The notes below the pieces were generated by a model. That model saw only the letters and a list, made by a program, of their open reading frames with translations. It was not told the DNA's origin and did not search any database. Position numbers and translations under genes: made by a program. Shown here piece after piece: positions 47,489-58,863 of a DNA stretch of 64,000 nt (positions are counted from its first letter, which is position 1; each line of letters begins with the position of its first letter). The stretch lies in the NCBI GenBank assembly GCA_000004985.1, contig GG738870.1; one strand, 5' to 3'. The DNA is from Naegleria gruberi. Lineage: Eukaryota.

Positions 47489-49149
47489 ATGAGAAAAAAC
47501 ATCCTTCAAATTGGACGCACCCTTGGTAACAAGAAGGTTGCTGCTCCTTTACTTCTTGCCACACAAACTCATCAACAAGAAAGTAACTTCTCAACAATCA
47601 ACAATACACAATTACATGGTGGATTGAAAGATAAGGACCGTATTTTTACAAACTTGTATGAAAACTTTGATAGACATATTGATGGTGCCATGAAGAGGGT
47701 ATGTATTATTGTACTGTTGAATAACATTAAATTGCGTTGTCTATCTATTTGAACAATAATAATAACAATACTCTCAACCATATATTCATTTAATAACAAT
47801 TTGTATTACAATGATGATATCTTTAAAACAAAATAATAATATTAATAATAACAATAACAACAACATCATGATGATAAATTATTAAAATTATATAATAATG
47901 ATAACAATAACAATAGGGTGATTGGTTTAAGACTAAAGATTTAATCAACAAAGGACCTGACTGGATTATTGACCAAATTAAAAAATCAGGACTTAGAGGT
48001 CGTGGTGGTGCTGGTTTCAACTCTGGTTTGAAGTATTCTTTCATGCCAAAGTCTAATCCTGATGGACGTCCATCATACCTTGTTATTAACTCTGACGAAT
48101 CCGAACCAGGTACTTGTAAGGATAGAGAAATTGTTAGAAATGATCCACATAAATTAGTTGAAGGTGCTCTTTTGGTCGGTTTTGGTATGAGAGCTAGAGC
48201 TGCTTATATTTACATTCGTGGTGAATTCTACAATGAATCAAGAAGATTGCAAGAAGCCATTGATGAAGCCTATCAAAAGGGTTTCCTTGGTAAGAATGCA
48301 TGCGGAACTGGATATGAATTTGATGTATATGTCCATCGTGGTGCTGGTGCTTATATTTGCGGTGAAGAAACTGCTTTAATTGAATCAATTGAAGGTAAGC
48401 AAGGTAAACCAAGATTGAAGCCTCCTTTCCCTGCTGGTGTTGGTTTGTTCTCTTGTCCAACTACTGTCACCAATGTTGAAACTGTTGCTGTCGTTCCAAC
48501 AATTTTGAGAAGATCTCCTGAATGGTTTGCCGGTTTTGGTAGAAAGAATAATGCTGGTACCAAACTTTATGCTATTTCTGGTCACGTTAACACTCCTTGT
48601 GTTGTTGAAGAAGAAATGAGTATTCCATTGAAGGAACTTATTGAAAGACATGCTGGAGGTGTTCGTGGTGGATGGGACAATTTATTGGCTATCATTCCAG
48701 GTGGTAGTTCAGTTCCACTCATTCCAAAGGAAATTTGTGAAACTGTTCTCATGGACTTTGATGCTCTCAGAGAAGTTCAATCTGGTTTGGGTACTGCTGC
48801 CGTCATGGTTATGGATAAGTCAACTGATATTGTTGATGCTATTGCTCGTCTTTCTAAATTCTATGCCCATGAAAGTTGTGGTCAATGTACTCCATGTAGA
48901 GAAGGTACTGGTTGGTTGTTGAACATGATGGACAGAATGGTTAAGGGTAATGCCGAAATTGAAGAAATTGATACATTGGAAGAAGTTTCTCGTCAAATTG
49001 AAGGTCACACAATTTGTGCTTTGGGTGATGCTGCTGCTTGGCCAGTGCAAGGTTTGATTCGTCACTTCAGAGGTGAAATGGAAGATAGAATTAAGAAGTA
49101 CAAGAATGCTGAAAAGGCTAAGAGAGCTAGAAATCATATTGTTCATTAA
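47489..49149 (+). CDS. NDUFV1: NADH dehydrogenase (ubiquinone) flavoprotein 1, complex I 51-kDa subunit (NDUFV1/NuoF)
   Basis: Exons 47489..47698 and 47917..49149. Intron 47699..47916 (GTATGT..CAATAG, 218 nt) is in frame. Motifs include [24 protein letters not shown]...[10 protein letters not shown], and the FMN/NADH site [32 protein letters not shown]. The Fe-S ligands [12 protein letters not shown] are present. Confidence 0.9.
47760..47930. repeat. AT-rich microsatellite (aat/aac units) inside the NDUFV1 intron
   Basis: Runs of (aataac)n and (aacaat)n, for example ...aataataatattaataataacaataacaacaac... This explains why this intron is four to five times longer than the others. Confidence 0.6.
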
Positions 49150-49409
49150 ATCTTTGGAGGGCTTTCAAAAACAAAAGGGTGCTTGCCAATTAAATAAAAT
49201 ATAAAAAAACAAATTATTAATTTAACATTTATTCAAATAAGGAAGTAAATGTGTAAGGCAGTTTTGAACGTTTTAAATAAGACCCATTCAACTCATTGTT
49301 AAATTGTCACACTGTTTGATAAAGGTAAGTAACAAGTTCACTTCTTAAAAGCAAATTTAATAAAGTGAGGAACGGAAGTTATTTTAAGAACACAATTCGA
49401 TCAAAAAAA

Positions 49410-50495
49410 ATGTCATCAATTATTATTGCAGGTCTCGGAATGAGATCAGTCATCAAAGTTGAAGGTCCAAACGTTTCTCTTCAAACTCTTTTAAAGGATT
49501 TTTGCGAAAAGAATAAAATCAATCCCGAACAATATGGTTTATTACATAAAAAGAAGGATCTTGATCTATCACTGCGTATGTATTTGTTTTTAACTCATCA
49601 TTAAATAATTTAATTTAAATAATGATAGCATTCCGTTTGAGTGGAGTTTCCAACAATGCAACAATAGAAGTAATCAAGAAAGCAACATCATCAACTGTAA
49701 AATCAGCAGCAACTTTGGGACTTCAATTACCAGATGGTCAAAGACTGAAATCAATGTATCCTATTGATATTTCATTGTGGATTGCTTTAAAGAGATTTGA
49801 AAAGAAGGAAAATGTTAATCTCACTCTTGTTGAAGATAAATCAGGCAAATATAGCATTCCTTCACTGATCTATATGAATCAAGAATTTAAAACTTTGGAA
49901 GATTTAAAGAAGACTAAATTATCTGATATTGGTTTGAGAGATAATTCAACAGCCTTGTTACGTTTAAATTTTGTTTCAACAGATAAAACAATTGAAGAAC
50001 TTAGGGATGAAATTGAGGAAACCGATGATTTTGTACCAAAGAAGAAAGTTAAAATTGAGATACACAAGTCACACAACAACAAACAGAGGAACTCCAAGTG
50101 ATATTTTGATGGTGGATGATTTTTCGCCNNNNNNNNNNNNNNNNNNNNNNNNNNNNNNNNNNNNNNNNNNNNNNNNNNATCAAGAGACACCAATTTACAT
50201 GTACATTGCACCACCAATCAAAAGATTTGATGACCTATCTCAGACTTTGAAAGATGCAAATTTAATTCCAGCTTCAATTATCAATGTAGGATTAGATAGA
50301 AAGAATCCAAAGAGTGAATCATTTGAATCTCCAAAATTGAAAACAGATCTTTTGTCACAAGTCACAGATATTGAACTAGTTAGTGTTCCAAAGAATGAAA
50401 ATGTTCCAACTCCAACCCCAACCACAACTAAAAGTGCTAAGAGTGAAAAGAATGTAAAGAACCTTCTCTCCAAATTAACAGGAAAGAGACATTAA
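49410..50495 (+). CDS. TUG/ASPSCR1-type UBX-domain protein (two N-terminal ubiquitin-like domains); gene interrupted by an assembly gap
   Basis: Exon 1 is 49410..49575; intron 49576..49628 (GTATGT..GATAG). MSSIIIAGLGMRSVIKVEGPNVSLQTLLKDFCEKNKINPEQYGLLHKKKDLDLSL|PFRLSGVSNNATIEVI aligns with the ASPSCR1 TUG-UBL1 module (...FNPCEYDLKFQRSVLDLSLQWRFANLPNNAKLEMV). After the gap, a UBX-like C-terminus ...RFDDLSQTLKDANLIPASIINV appears in another frame. A frameshift or intron must lie next to the gap. Confidence 0.6.
50129..50178. other. assembly gap (50 N)
   Basis: Run of N inside the TUG/UBX gene. Reading frames on the two sides differ. Confidence 0.95.
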
Positions 50496-50546
50496 ATTCA
50501 TGAACTTGTTATCTTTGTAAACTCCAATACAAATTCTCTTGAAAAA

Positions 50547-51959
50547 ATGAAACGATTAGCCTCTTCGTACGATGGTGGTTCAGCTTCTCACCAAATCAAA
50601 AAGACAAAACTTGATGCTACTTTTACTATTGAAGCATTATGTAATGATTGTCTTGCAAATATTCTTTCCTACTTGGAATTTAAGGATCTTTTTTCTTGCT
50701 TACTTGTCTGTAAGGATTGGAGTGTTTTGCTAAGATCGGAACATGCAATACAACACTTTTTCATTTGTTTTAATTTGCAACAATTTTTCCTAGATAAATT
50801 TGAACAAAGAGATGAATGGTTTGTAAAATTGAGAACATGGATTACAGGCTTGTATCATTGTTTTGGATTGTCGTCCTATTGTGATGTTTTCAAAAATAGA
50901 GAGTTGATGAAAAGGCAACAATTTCAACCTTTTATCGACATTATTTCATTTGAGTATGCGAGTGATATTTGTATGAGCTTTGAGGTTACTGTTCATCTCG
51001 AACAAGAGGTATCATTGAGATTGAAATTTTGTCTCTCTTATACAGAAGATGAGTATGTTTATACAAATGTTGAATCGGGCAATTCAAAGTTTGATTGGAA
51101 AAAGTTTAATATTGATCCATCCAAGAAAAGTATAATTGTATTCAGATTTAATGGGAGTGAAGAGGAAGATACTGATTGTACTGTAGAGGAATATGAAAAG
51201 AATTCAGAGTTTTTTATGGCATTCTCAGAATATTTCCAATTTGAGGATTTATTTGAATTCTTAAAAAGGCATCTCAATTTTCAACCACGTAGAACTTATA
51301 ATACAATGTTTGATTTTGCTGAGGATGAAGAGGTAAATTGTTGTGATTATACCTCTAATGAAGATCTAGATATTCGACATGAAATTTTAGAAATGCCAAT
51401 ACTAAGAGTGGCAGAATCATATAGACTTGAATGTTTGGATGTAATGATTAATGTAATTGAGAGGACATATTCTTACATGGTATCTAAAATGGAAACAACA
51501 GAAATTAAGGAGAATGAGATTGTAATTTCAAATGTTGTTGGGATTTCACATGTTGTTAGATTTAATAGGAATTACTTACGTAATATTCATACTGATTTCA
51601 CACTAAAATTCAATGATAAGAGTTGGACATCTGATTTTCAAGTGAAAGAACATTTTTATTATGGACATGATGGATATGAAGGCAATCACCTATTTAAATT
51701 GACCGATTGTGAAACAGGTGAAGAAACATTCATTGGAGGATATACCTATGGTGTAAGAGAATTGGTAGTATGGGAATCTGACAGTATTGAACAATTGAAA
51801 TCTATTGGACTTCCATTCGATAATGTTTTGGAATTTATAAGTAGAGTTATTGATAAGTTGCTCCCTCAATTGCCTTGTTATGATCCATTTAATGGAAAAC
51901 CTACTTCTAATCAATCTCTATACTTGTATCTGAAAGGAACCTATGAAGAAAACTATTAA
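50547..51959 (+). CDS. F-box-like domain protein
   Basis: ATG at 50547. The N-terminus ...IEALCNDCLANILSYLEFKDLFSCLLVCKDWSVLL fits the F-box consensus. The rest is unassigned. 470 aa, continuous ORF. Confidence 0.45.
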   Translation: MKRLASSYDGGSASHQIKKTKLDATFTIEALCNDCLANILSYLEFKDLFSCLLVCKDWSVLLRSEHAIQHFFICFNLQQFFLDKFEQRDEWFVKLRTWITGLYHCFGLSSYCDVFKNRELMKRQQFQPFIDIISFEYASDICMSFEVTVHLEQEVSLRLKFCLSYTEDEYVYTNVESGNSKFDWKKFNIDPSKKSIIVFRFNGSEEEDTDCTVEEYEKNSEFFMAFSEYFQFEDLFEFLKRHLNFQPRRTYNTMFDFAEDEEVNCCDYTSNEDLDIRHEILEMPILRVAESYRLECLDVMINVIERTYSYMVSKMETTEIKENEIVISNVVGISHVVRFNRNYLRNIHTDFTLKFNDKSWTSDFQVKEHFYYGHDGYEGNHLFKLTDCETGEETFIGGYTYGVRELVVWESDSIEQLKSIGLPFDNVLEFISRVIDKLLPQLPCYDPFNGKPTSNQSLYLYLKGTYEENY

Positions 51960-52086
51960 ATTTACTTTCCACACAAAATTATGTCTTTATTAGGATTGAC
52001 TCCATTCCCCTCGGGTTTGAAATCGATTCAACTCCGTTTCTGTATGTCACGGGAATTAGCAATAACGATTTATTTAAAAACAAAAA

Positions 52087-52571
52087 ATGCCAATACAAAG
52101 ACCTTACACATTTGCTAGTGGTACAGTTTGTGCTCTGACAGCCGCCATCCACACTTTCCTTGGTAGGTAAATGGTTTGAAATGAAATTGAACAATTTGAT
52201 TATTAGGAGGACAAGATATAGTCACCCCTTTACTCAATTCTCACAATCAAGACAAATTAGAAACAGAACCTACTCTTGTATTGCATTCGTGTTGGCATCT
52301 AGTTACTGTTTCTCTGGTGGCTAACTCTGCTCTTTTAATTGCACATGGTTTAGGGCAAAAGAGTGTTTCTATTTTCGGGAGGGAGCTATTTGTTGTTTCT
52401 CCAGATGTTTGCAATTTTGTAAACAATTTAAATTTTCTAAATGGTTTAGTGTTCATAATTATTGGAGGAAGAGGATCAAAAAAGCAAAAAGACAACATTT
52501 GGAAGCGATTACTAGTTACACCTCAATGGATTCTATTCATGGCAATGTATTTCTTGGCTAAGGATATTTAA
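52087..52571 (+). CDS. small membrane protein (about 145 aa), unknown family
   Basis: Exons 52087..52162 and 52207..52571. Intron 52163..52206 (GTAGGT..ATTAG) is in frame. Three to four hydrophobic segments. Confidence 0.4.
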
Positions 52572-52613
52572 ACACAACAAATAAAGAGGGTATTTCATTA
52601 AGGGAATTAATAG

Positions 52614-53969
52614 TTATTTCTTATTGATTTGATTCAAAATTCTATTTGCATTTTCATGTCCTGCCTCAGCTGCCTTTGTTATCCATTCAAGAGCTTTTCT
52701 ATCGTTTCTTGGAGTACCCTTACCTTGAGCACACAAACATCCAACATTATATTGTGCATCGACATAGTCATTTTCAGCTGATTTCAGATACCATTCGTAT
52801 GCCTTATCAAGGTCTTCCCTTTCTGCATAAATTGCTCCCACATTATATTGAGCTACTGGATTTTCTGAGACTTGAGAATACCATTCGAGTGATTTGTCCA
52901 AGTTTCTTTCAACCCCCATTCCCTCCTGATAGATGAAGCCAATATTAAAGATGGATTGTGGTGATTGTCCACTGTGAGCAGCATTCAGGAATAACTCCAA
53001 ACTCTTCTTGTAATCTTTTTCTACGCCTAAACCAAATAAGTACATTTCTCCAAGAAATTCCTGAGCTAATGGATGACCCTGATTGCTTGCGTTATTCAAA
53101 TGTTCAAGAGATTTTTCAGTATTTGTTTCAATACCATTACCATAGTGATACATGAGACCGAGTTGGAACTGTGATTCTGCATCTCCATTCTTTGTAAACC
53201 AATCAAATGCTTGTTTTGGATCCTTTTCAACACCTTGCCCATGTAAAAGCATGAATGCAACAGTAGATTGTGATTCAGGTACACCATTTTGAGCTGCTTT
53301 AGAATGCCATTCATAAGACTTGACATAATCTTGTTCACATCCGGTACCATAATAGTACATGAATCCTAATTGTTGCTGAGCTTTGGCATGTCCTATTTCG
53401 CCAGCTTTTGTAAAATTCTCAATTGCATTTTCAAAATTTTGACTTGTTCCTCTTCCATTATAAAAAGCTAATCCAACATTAAACAAAGCATCCCTAACTC
53501 CCTTCTTTGAAGATTTTAAATACCAGTCAAATGCCTTCTCCAACTCTCCTTTGCTTTCATAAATATATCCAAGATAACATTCAGCTTCCAAATAATTTAA
53601 TTCATGTAATTTCTCAAAATATTCAAGTGATTTATCCAAATCTTGTGCGAATTCTTCTCCCAATCCAAGCAAGTACATATTTCCCAACATGAATAAAGCA
53701 TCCACATTATTATCACGAGCTGATAGTTCAAATAATTCTTTGGCTTTCGGAATTTGATTCTGACGTAATAACAATAAACCTTGTTGATAGGCTTGGATAT
53801 GATTTTGAATATTTTCATTATTCGCTTGTCCTGATTGATTATTATTCTTCTGATTGATGTGAAAGCTTCGGAGTGATGAAATTGTTTTTCCACAGGTAAA
53901 AGGTATCAAAAATCCATTCTTTCTATGATGATGGATTGAAAATATTGCCCTTGTGATCAATTTGTTCAT
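52614..53969 (-). CDS. Sel1-like repeat (SLR) protein, possible mitochondrial presequence
   Basis: ATG at 53969. At least nine tandem repeats of about 36 aa follow the Sel1 pattern (A...LG.MY..G.GVE.D..KA..W..KAA..G...AQ). Confidence 0.7.
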   Translation of the reverse strand: MNKLITRAIFSIHHHRKNGFLIPFTCGKTISSLRSFHINQKNNNQSGQANNENIQNHIQAYQQGLLLLRQNQIPKAKELFELSARDNNVDALFMLGNMYLLGLGEEFAQDLDKSLEYFEKLHELNYLEAECYLGYIYESKGELEKAFDWYLKSSKKGVRDALFNVGLAFYNGRGTSQNFENAIENFTKAGEIGHAKAQQQLGFMYYYGTGCEQDYVKSYEWHSKAAQNGVPESQSTVAFMLLHGQGVEKDPKQAFDWFTKNGDAESQFQLGLMYHYGNGIETNTEKSLEHLNNASNQGHPLAQEFLGEMYLFGLGVEKDYKKSLELFLNAAHSGQSPQSIFNIGFIYQEGMGVERNLDKSLEWYSQVSENPVAQYNVGAIYAEREDLDKAYEWYLKSAENDYVDAQYNVGCLCAQGKGTPRNDRKALEWITKAAEAGHENANRILNQINKK

Positions 53970-54049
53970 TTTTTTAGTTTGAATTTTTGAACTTTTTTAA
54001 AAATTATAAATTTATTTACAATGATGAATTGATTTTTGGTAAATTACAA

Positions 54050-55381
54050 TTAAAATATGAAAGAAATATCTGATAATGGTTTGCAGTTTGAACTTTTAAG
54101 AGATGATTTGAAATTGTCAGCTGTTGAGCCATCAAAAAGCTTGTCATCTCTGTAAAATATTGTGTGCATTCCTCCACAAGCAACTGAGTTAATGTGAAGA
54201 TCTTGATGCTTACTAAAGTCAATTCTCTCAAATGTTGATAGCTTATTTAGGGATGAAATCACATTACCAGAATTTCTGAAACCTCTTCCAGTTCCAAACA
54301 TTACATTTCTATTCTTTTTAGAAATAGCAATAGTGTAATTATCTCCCAAGAAAACATCCCCAATAAATGTATCATGAATGTAAACTTGTGTGAATTTGTA
54401 ATATGTATTAATGGTTGGTAATCCAAGTTGTAGCTCAGAATTCTTTCCTGTCATGAACAATTCACCATCGACTGTCAATACAGCACTGTGCTTTTCACCA
54501 CATACAACTTTTGCAATTCGTGAGGTAGAAGGTATGTCAATCTGCTTAAATTCATTGAGAATAACTACATCTTTACCTGCTCCAGCCATTCCATTTCTAT
54601 TGGATCCGATAGCAAAGAGACGATCTCCCTTCTCATCGCTAACAACTATCAATGAATGATCTTCACCAAATGCCCATTGAGTAATCTTCTCTGATGGTTG
54701 AATAAACTTCTCCATTCCCTTCATTCTTCTAAAAATGTTAATATTATTGTTGTGATGTTGAGCTCTTTCAACACCCAACTCATCAAAATTATTCTTTCCA
54801 GTGCAATAGACATTTCCACTCTCACAAATCAAAGCAGTATGATCAAAACCACAAACAACCTTCGCAATAACTTCATCATTTCCATCATCTTGTTTTAATA
54901 GCTTTAAAGGAACTGGATTAGGAATTGTAACCTCAATCCAATTTTTCAATCCAGATTGGCCATTACAATTATCACCCCATGCAGATAACTTATTATCCTT
55001 AGACAAAGCCATTGTAAAATTAGAACCACATTCAATTGCTTTAATCGAACCTAAACATTTAAAATCCCTAATAACTTTCAAATCAAATGATTGCATTGTA
55101 TTAATGGATTGAGCCAATTGTCCCGAATTATTAGACCCTGATGAGAGAATACAATATTGACTATCACTCTTACTATCCCTTCCCACTACAATGGTATGAA
55201 AGTATCCAGTACGAATACATTCAAGGGAGAAACCACTCGGGAGGGAAACTCTAGCCATCTGATCTAATTTTCTAATCATTGAATCACCAGTTGCTAACTG
55301 ACCAAATTCATTATTACCAAATGAAAGAAAACAAGATCTTTGAGCATCTTGATTGTAGTGGCAGTTATTGCTTGAGGACAT
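54050..55381 (-). CDS. RCC1-repeat protein (second copy in this window)
   Basis: ATG at 55381 (MSSSNNCHY...). Repeated blades of the type FGNNEFGQLATG, SGSNNSGQLAQS, WGDNCNGQSGL, GSNRNGMAGAG, GKNSELQLGLP and CGGMHT. Confidence 0.7.
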   Translation of the reverse strand: MSSSNNCHYNQDAQRSCFLSFGNNEFGQLATGDSMIRKLDQMARVSLPSGFSLECIRTGYFHTIVVGRDSKSDSQYCILSSGSNNSGQLAQSINTMQSFDLKVIRDFKCLGSIKAIECGSNFTMALSKDNKLSAWGDNCNGQSGLKNWIEVTIPNPVPLKLLKQDDGNDEVIAKVVCGFDHTALICESGNVYCTGKNNFDELGVERAQHHNNNINIFRRMKGMEKFIQPSEKITQWAFGEDHSLIVVSDEKGDRLFAIGSNRNGMAGAGKDVVILNEFKQIDIPSTSRIAKVVCGEKHSAVLTVDGELFMTGKNSELQLGLPTINTYYKFTQVYIHDTFIGDVFLGDNYTIAISKKNRNVMFGTGRGFRNSGNVISSLNKLSTFERIDFSKHQDLHINSVACGGMHTIFYRDDKLFDGSTADNFKSSLKSSNCKPLSDISFIF

Positions 55382-55546
55382 TTTTTTGTGTTTTCTTAGT
55401 TTCAAATTTGAGAACAGTGAACTCTTTGAAAATGTTGCGTATTTTACGAATGAACAATGAAATGTTGATGATTTTAAGATGATTGATTGTTGTAGAAACT
55501 TTCTGTTGAGTATGTTAGATGTGATGAGGAAAGATTGAACAATTTA

Positions 55547-56122
55547 TTAAGGTTGTTGGCAATTGACTTGTTTGGTTAATTTAAACTTTGAAATGTCAAC
55601 ATCCAAAGATTTCCATCTTGACATGATATCTGTCAATAAATTAGTATTCAATGATGGTTGTCTAGCTAAAATCCAAGCATATTCAATATGATAAACTCCC
55701 AATATATTTACACATGAAAATACCATTGAATAAGTTTTGTAATCAGTGTCAACAACCCAATATGGACCGGCAAATGGTTGATGTCCAAATGAAACTAATA
55801 ATTTGGCTGGATCTTGTTCTGGATGTGGACAATATGCTTCTCCAATTGCTTGCGAATATTGGCCATTGATATATTCTGAATTGGTGACAATAATTTTGGA
55901 TGAATCTGATGGATTGATGGTATAGTTTGCTTTCGAACAAATACCATTCTTTTCGAATGATGAATCAAATCTGGCAATTTCATACCAAACACCTAAATAA
56001 TTATCAAGCTTGAAATCTTGTTTAGTGTTAACTCTTTGACATTTTCCAAGTTGACCATTAACAGAACTGTTAAATAAATAAAAGATGTAAAAGATAATAA
56101 GAAGGATGGTGAGTGATCTCAT
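55547..56122 (-). CDS. lipocalin (apolipoprotein D / bacterial Blc-like), secreted
   Basis: ATG at 56122 (MRSLTILLIIFYIFYLFNSSVNG signal peptide). Motifs: CQRVNTKQDFKLDNYLGVWYEIARFDSSFE (lipocalin SCR1, GxW), ...IVTNSEY...G...C, and ...TDYKTYSMVFSC...WILAR. Confidence 0.7.
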   Translation of the reverse strand: MRSLTILLIIFYIFYLFNSSVNGQLGKCQRVNTKQDFKLDNYLGVWYEIARFDSSFEKNGICSKANYTINPSDSSKIIVTNSEYINGQYSQAIGEAYCPHPEQDPAKLLVSFGHQPFAGPYWVVDTDYKTYSMVFSCVNILGVYHIEYAWILARQPSLNTNLLTDIMSRWKSLDVDISKFKLTKQVNCQQP

Positions 56123-56484
56123 TTCAATTTTTTTCAAATTGTTGGAATTTGTATTGCTGGAAATTAAACTTGAAATGATTCCATACTTGAAGATGGACAA
56201 AATCGTACTTTCTAAACAACGACACAATTTAAATTGCATTTTACAATGACAATTATTATTGGCCAATTATTACATTTCCTTTTACCTTTAGAATACATTC
56301 GTTATAGTTTACTGCAAATAATTTACTCAAAAATTCAAAATATTTTACAAAATCTCATTGTTGCTGTTTCGAACATAGAAATGCATTCCATCCCACTGAA
56401 ATAAAATTAATTACCAGAGGTCTATATATCAGTGGAGTGACTATTAACACAAAAATGATTCAATAATTCATTACAAAAAAACAA

Positions 56485-57018
56485 TCACTTACAAAAATAA
56501 TTCAAAGTTTGTACAAAAGGCCAAAATCTAACACTCACAGAATAAGTGTCCACCAAATCTCTCTCAATCTTTGATTTTAACACACTAACTAAAGAATCAC
56601 CTCTCAATCTCTGTTCATTAATAAAATCAGGTGTCTTTTCATCAGGATAATAATAATCAATTGTCGTATTCACAGAATAAAAAAAACTTGTAATAAATGG
56701 TGAATAAATTGTAATTTCAAATCCAACTCTTTTCAGTGTGGTAATGAATTTTTGTCGAGTGGTTGCATTATGTGCAATAGGAAAAACAACTTCCAATAAT
56801 TTCAACCAATTATGAATAATAGGTCCAAGAAAACAACCATAAGCAAACATTTTACATGATCTAATAAGGGAATGATTATCGGAAGATGATGTCTTATTCA
56901 CAATATTTTGAGTGATGGCATCTCCGAGTGATGTTATCACCCCACATGTTACAGATTTTGTTTTCACTGGATGTTCAATTAATAATTGTGAATAACCATG
57001 AATTAGTCGTTTGAACAT
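56485..57018 (-). CDS. Mpv17/PMP22-family membrane protein
   Basis: ATG at 57018 (MFKRLIHGYSQLLIEHPVKTKSVTCGVITSLGDAITQN...). Collinear with Mpv17/SYM1 ([35 protein letters not shown]...). The upstream part of the ORF-track entry is non-coding leader. Confidence 0.7.
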   Translation of the reverse strand: MFKRLIHGYSQLLIEHPVKTKSVTCGVITSLGDAITQNIVNKTSSSDNHSLIRSCKMFAYGCFLGPIIHNWLKLLEVVFPIAHNATTRQKFITTLKRVGFEITIYSPFITSFFYSVNTTIDYYYPDEKTPDFINEQRLRGDSLVSVLKSKIERDLVDTYSVSVRFWPFVQTLNYFCK

Positions 57019-57485
57019 TTTTTTCTTTCCGAAGATGACAAACAATTTTTGATTGACTCCAAAACACCGTACAATGGAATCACATAGCATATAAGAATCA
57101 CCATCCAATGGATTTGCATTATCCATTTCTTCACCATTTTCACATTCAAAATTAATCACATTATTTCAATGTTGAATATTACGAAGTGCATTTTCTTTTG
57201 AAATATTGCTCCGCCGTAGTTGCGGATTCTCAAAATGGAACGTTTGTAAATCAATTAAGCTGGAATAGAGTGTTTTGAAATTTTAAAAAACCTTCTCTTT
57301 ATGAAAGGCACTCTCTTAAGAGCTGTCCTTTTTTAAGCAAGTGTCTTCATTGTTTTTCACAAAGATGACAATAAGTTCCTAATGTAAATATATTCAAAAA
57401 GAAAGAATCTTCTCAATCTACTACTTCACCACCACCAATATAATTGATTAACAGTGCAATCACTACTTCATCAAATCATAAAAAA

Positions 57486-58712
57486 ATGATTTTACTACAC
57501 AAGAAACAACACTTGCTCCGAACAGTATTTTCCAACGCTTGTCATTCGAGGCACTTTCATACCTTTAATTCATCAGCATTCTCTCCATCCTCTCCATCAT
57601 CCAATCAATTAAATTATTTAAATAACAACAATAATCAACAGGCCATATTCTCATCCTCATTCCTTGATTGTGGCAATGCTGTTGCTGCTGCTGATAATGA
57701 TGACAAACAAGCCACGTGGAATTTTTCAATTCTCCATCACGATAATTCAACAAAAAAAATGTCCCAAGAAGCCCCACACCAATTTCATTTAATTGACGGT
57801 CAACAAATTTCTGATGAAATCAAACAAGAAATTGCCACAAGCATTAAGAATGTTGTAGAAAAACAAGAAAAGGATGGTGTTACTGATGTTAAAAAACCAG
57901 GTCTTGCTGTTATCCTTGTCGGAGAAAGAAAGGATTCACAAACCTATGTTTCAATGAAGAAGAAGACTTGTGTTGGATTGGGAATGAATAGTTTTGAAAC
58001 TACTTTTGCTGATGCTGATAGTACCACTACTGAACAAGTTATTGAAGTTATTCAAAAGTACAATCAAGATGATAATGTGAACGGTATTTTAATTCAATTA
58101 CCACTTCCAAAACACATTAATGAAGAACAAGTATTGTCATCTGTTAGCCTTGAAAAAGATGTTGATGGATTATCAGTTTATAATATTGGTAGATTAGCCA
58201 TGCGTGGTAGAGAACCAACATTTATTCCATGTACACCTGCTGGATGTTTGGATTTAATTAAGAGAACTGCCAAGGTATTGAATAGAAAATTGGAAGGATC
58301 TAATGCTATTGTTATTGGTAGAAGTAATATTGTTGGTATTCCAATGTCTCTCCTCTTGTTGCACAAGTTGAACTGTTCTGTTCAAGTTGTTCACTCATAT
58401 TCAAAGGATGTTCCACAAAAGGTTAAGGAAGCTGATATTGTAGTTGCTTGTTGTGGTCAAACTGAATTTGTTCAACCTGAATGGATTAAGCAAGGTGCTA
58501 TTGTCATTGATGTTGGTATTAATGCTGTTGATGACAGTACAAAGAAGGTTGGTTACAGATTGGTTGGTGATGTCAAGTTCAATGATGATTTGAAGAAAGT
58601 TGCTGCTGCTGCAACTCCAGTTCCACGTGGTGTTGGTCCAATGACTATTGCCATGTTGATGAAGAATACTTTTGATAGCTTTAAGAGAAAGCATCCAGAA
58701 CTCTTCCTGTAA
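57486..58712 (+). CDS. bifunctional methylenetetrahydrofolate dehydrogenase/cyclohydrolase (FolD/MTHFD2-type) with N-terminal presequence
   Basis: ATG at 57486. Motifs: PGLAVILVGERKDSQTYVSMKKK, GILIQLPLP, KDVDGL, PCTP.G, GRSNIVGIPM, VIDVGIN, and GDV....TPVPRGVGPMTIAMLMKNT. The N-terminal 100 aa (Ser/Asn-rich, basic) look like an organellar targeting extension. Confidence 0.85.
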   Translation: MILLHKKQHLLRTVFSNACHSRHFHTFNSSAFSPSSPSSNQLNYLNNNNNQQAIFSSSFLDCGNAVAAADNDDKQATWNFSILHHDNSTKKMSQEAPHQFHLIDGQQISDEIKQEIATSIKNVVEKQEKDGVTDVKKPGLAVILVGERKDSQTYVSMKKKTCVGLGMNSFETTFADADSTTTEQVIEVIQKYNQDDNVNGILIQLPLPKHINEEQVLSSVSLEKDVDGLSVYNIGRLAMRGREPTFIPCTPAGCLDLIKRTAKVLNRKLEGSNAIVIGRSNIVGIPMSLLLLHKLNCSVQVVHSYSKDVPQKVKEADIVVACCGQTEFVQPEWIKQGAIVIDVGINAVDDSTKKVGYRLVGDVKFNDDLKKVAAAATPVPRGVGPMTIAMLMKNTFDSFKRKHPELFL

Positions 58713-58863
58713 ATTAAAATTTTGTAAATATCCTAAATCAGAACTTTTCCTTTTTCAAATATTATCTCTTTTGGAAGGTATCTTAATTGACTAGAATACT
58801 TTTTTTGCAATATGACAATCCAATAAAAACTCATCTTTGGTAATAATAAAATTTACTCATTAA

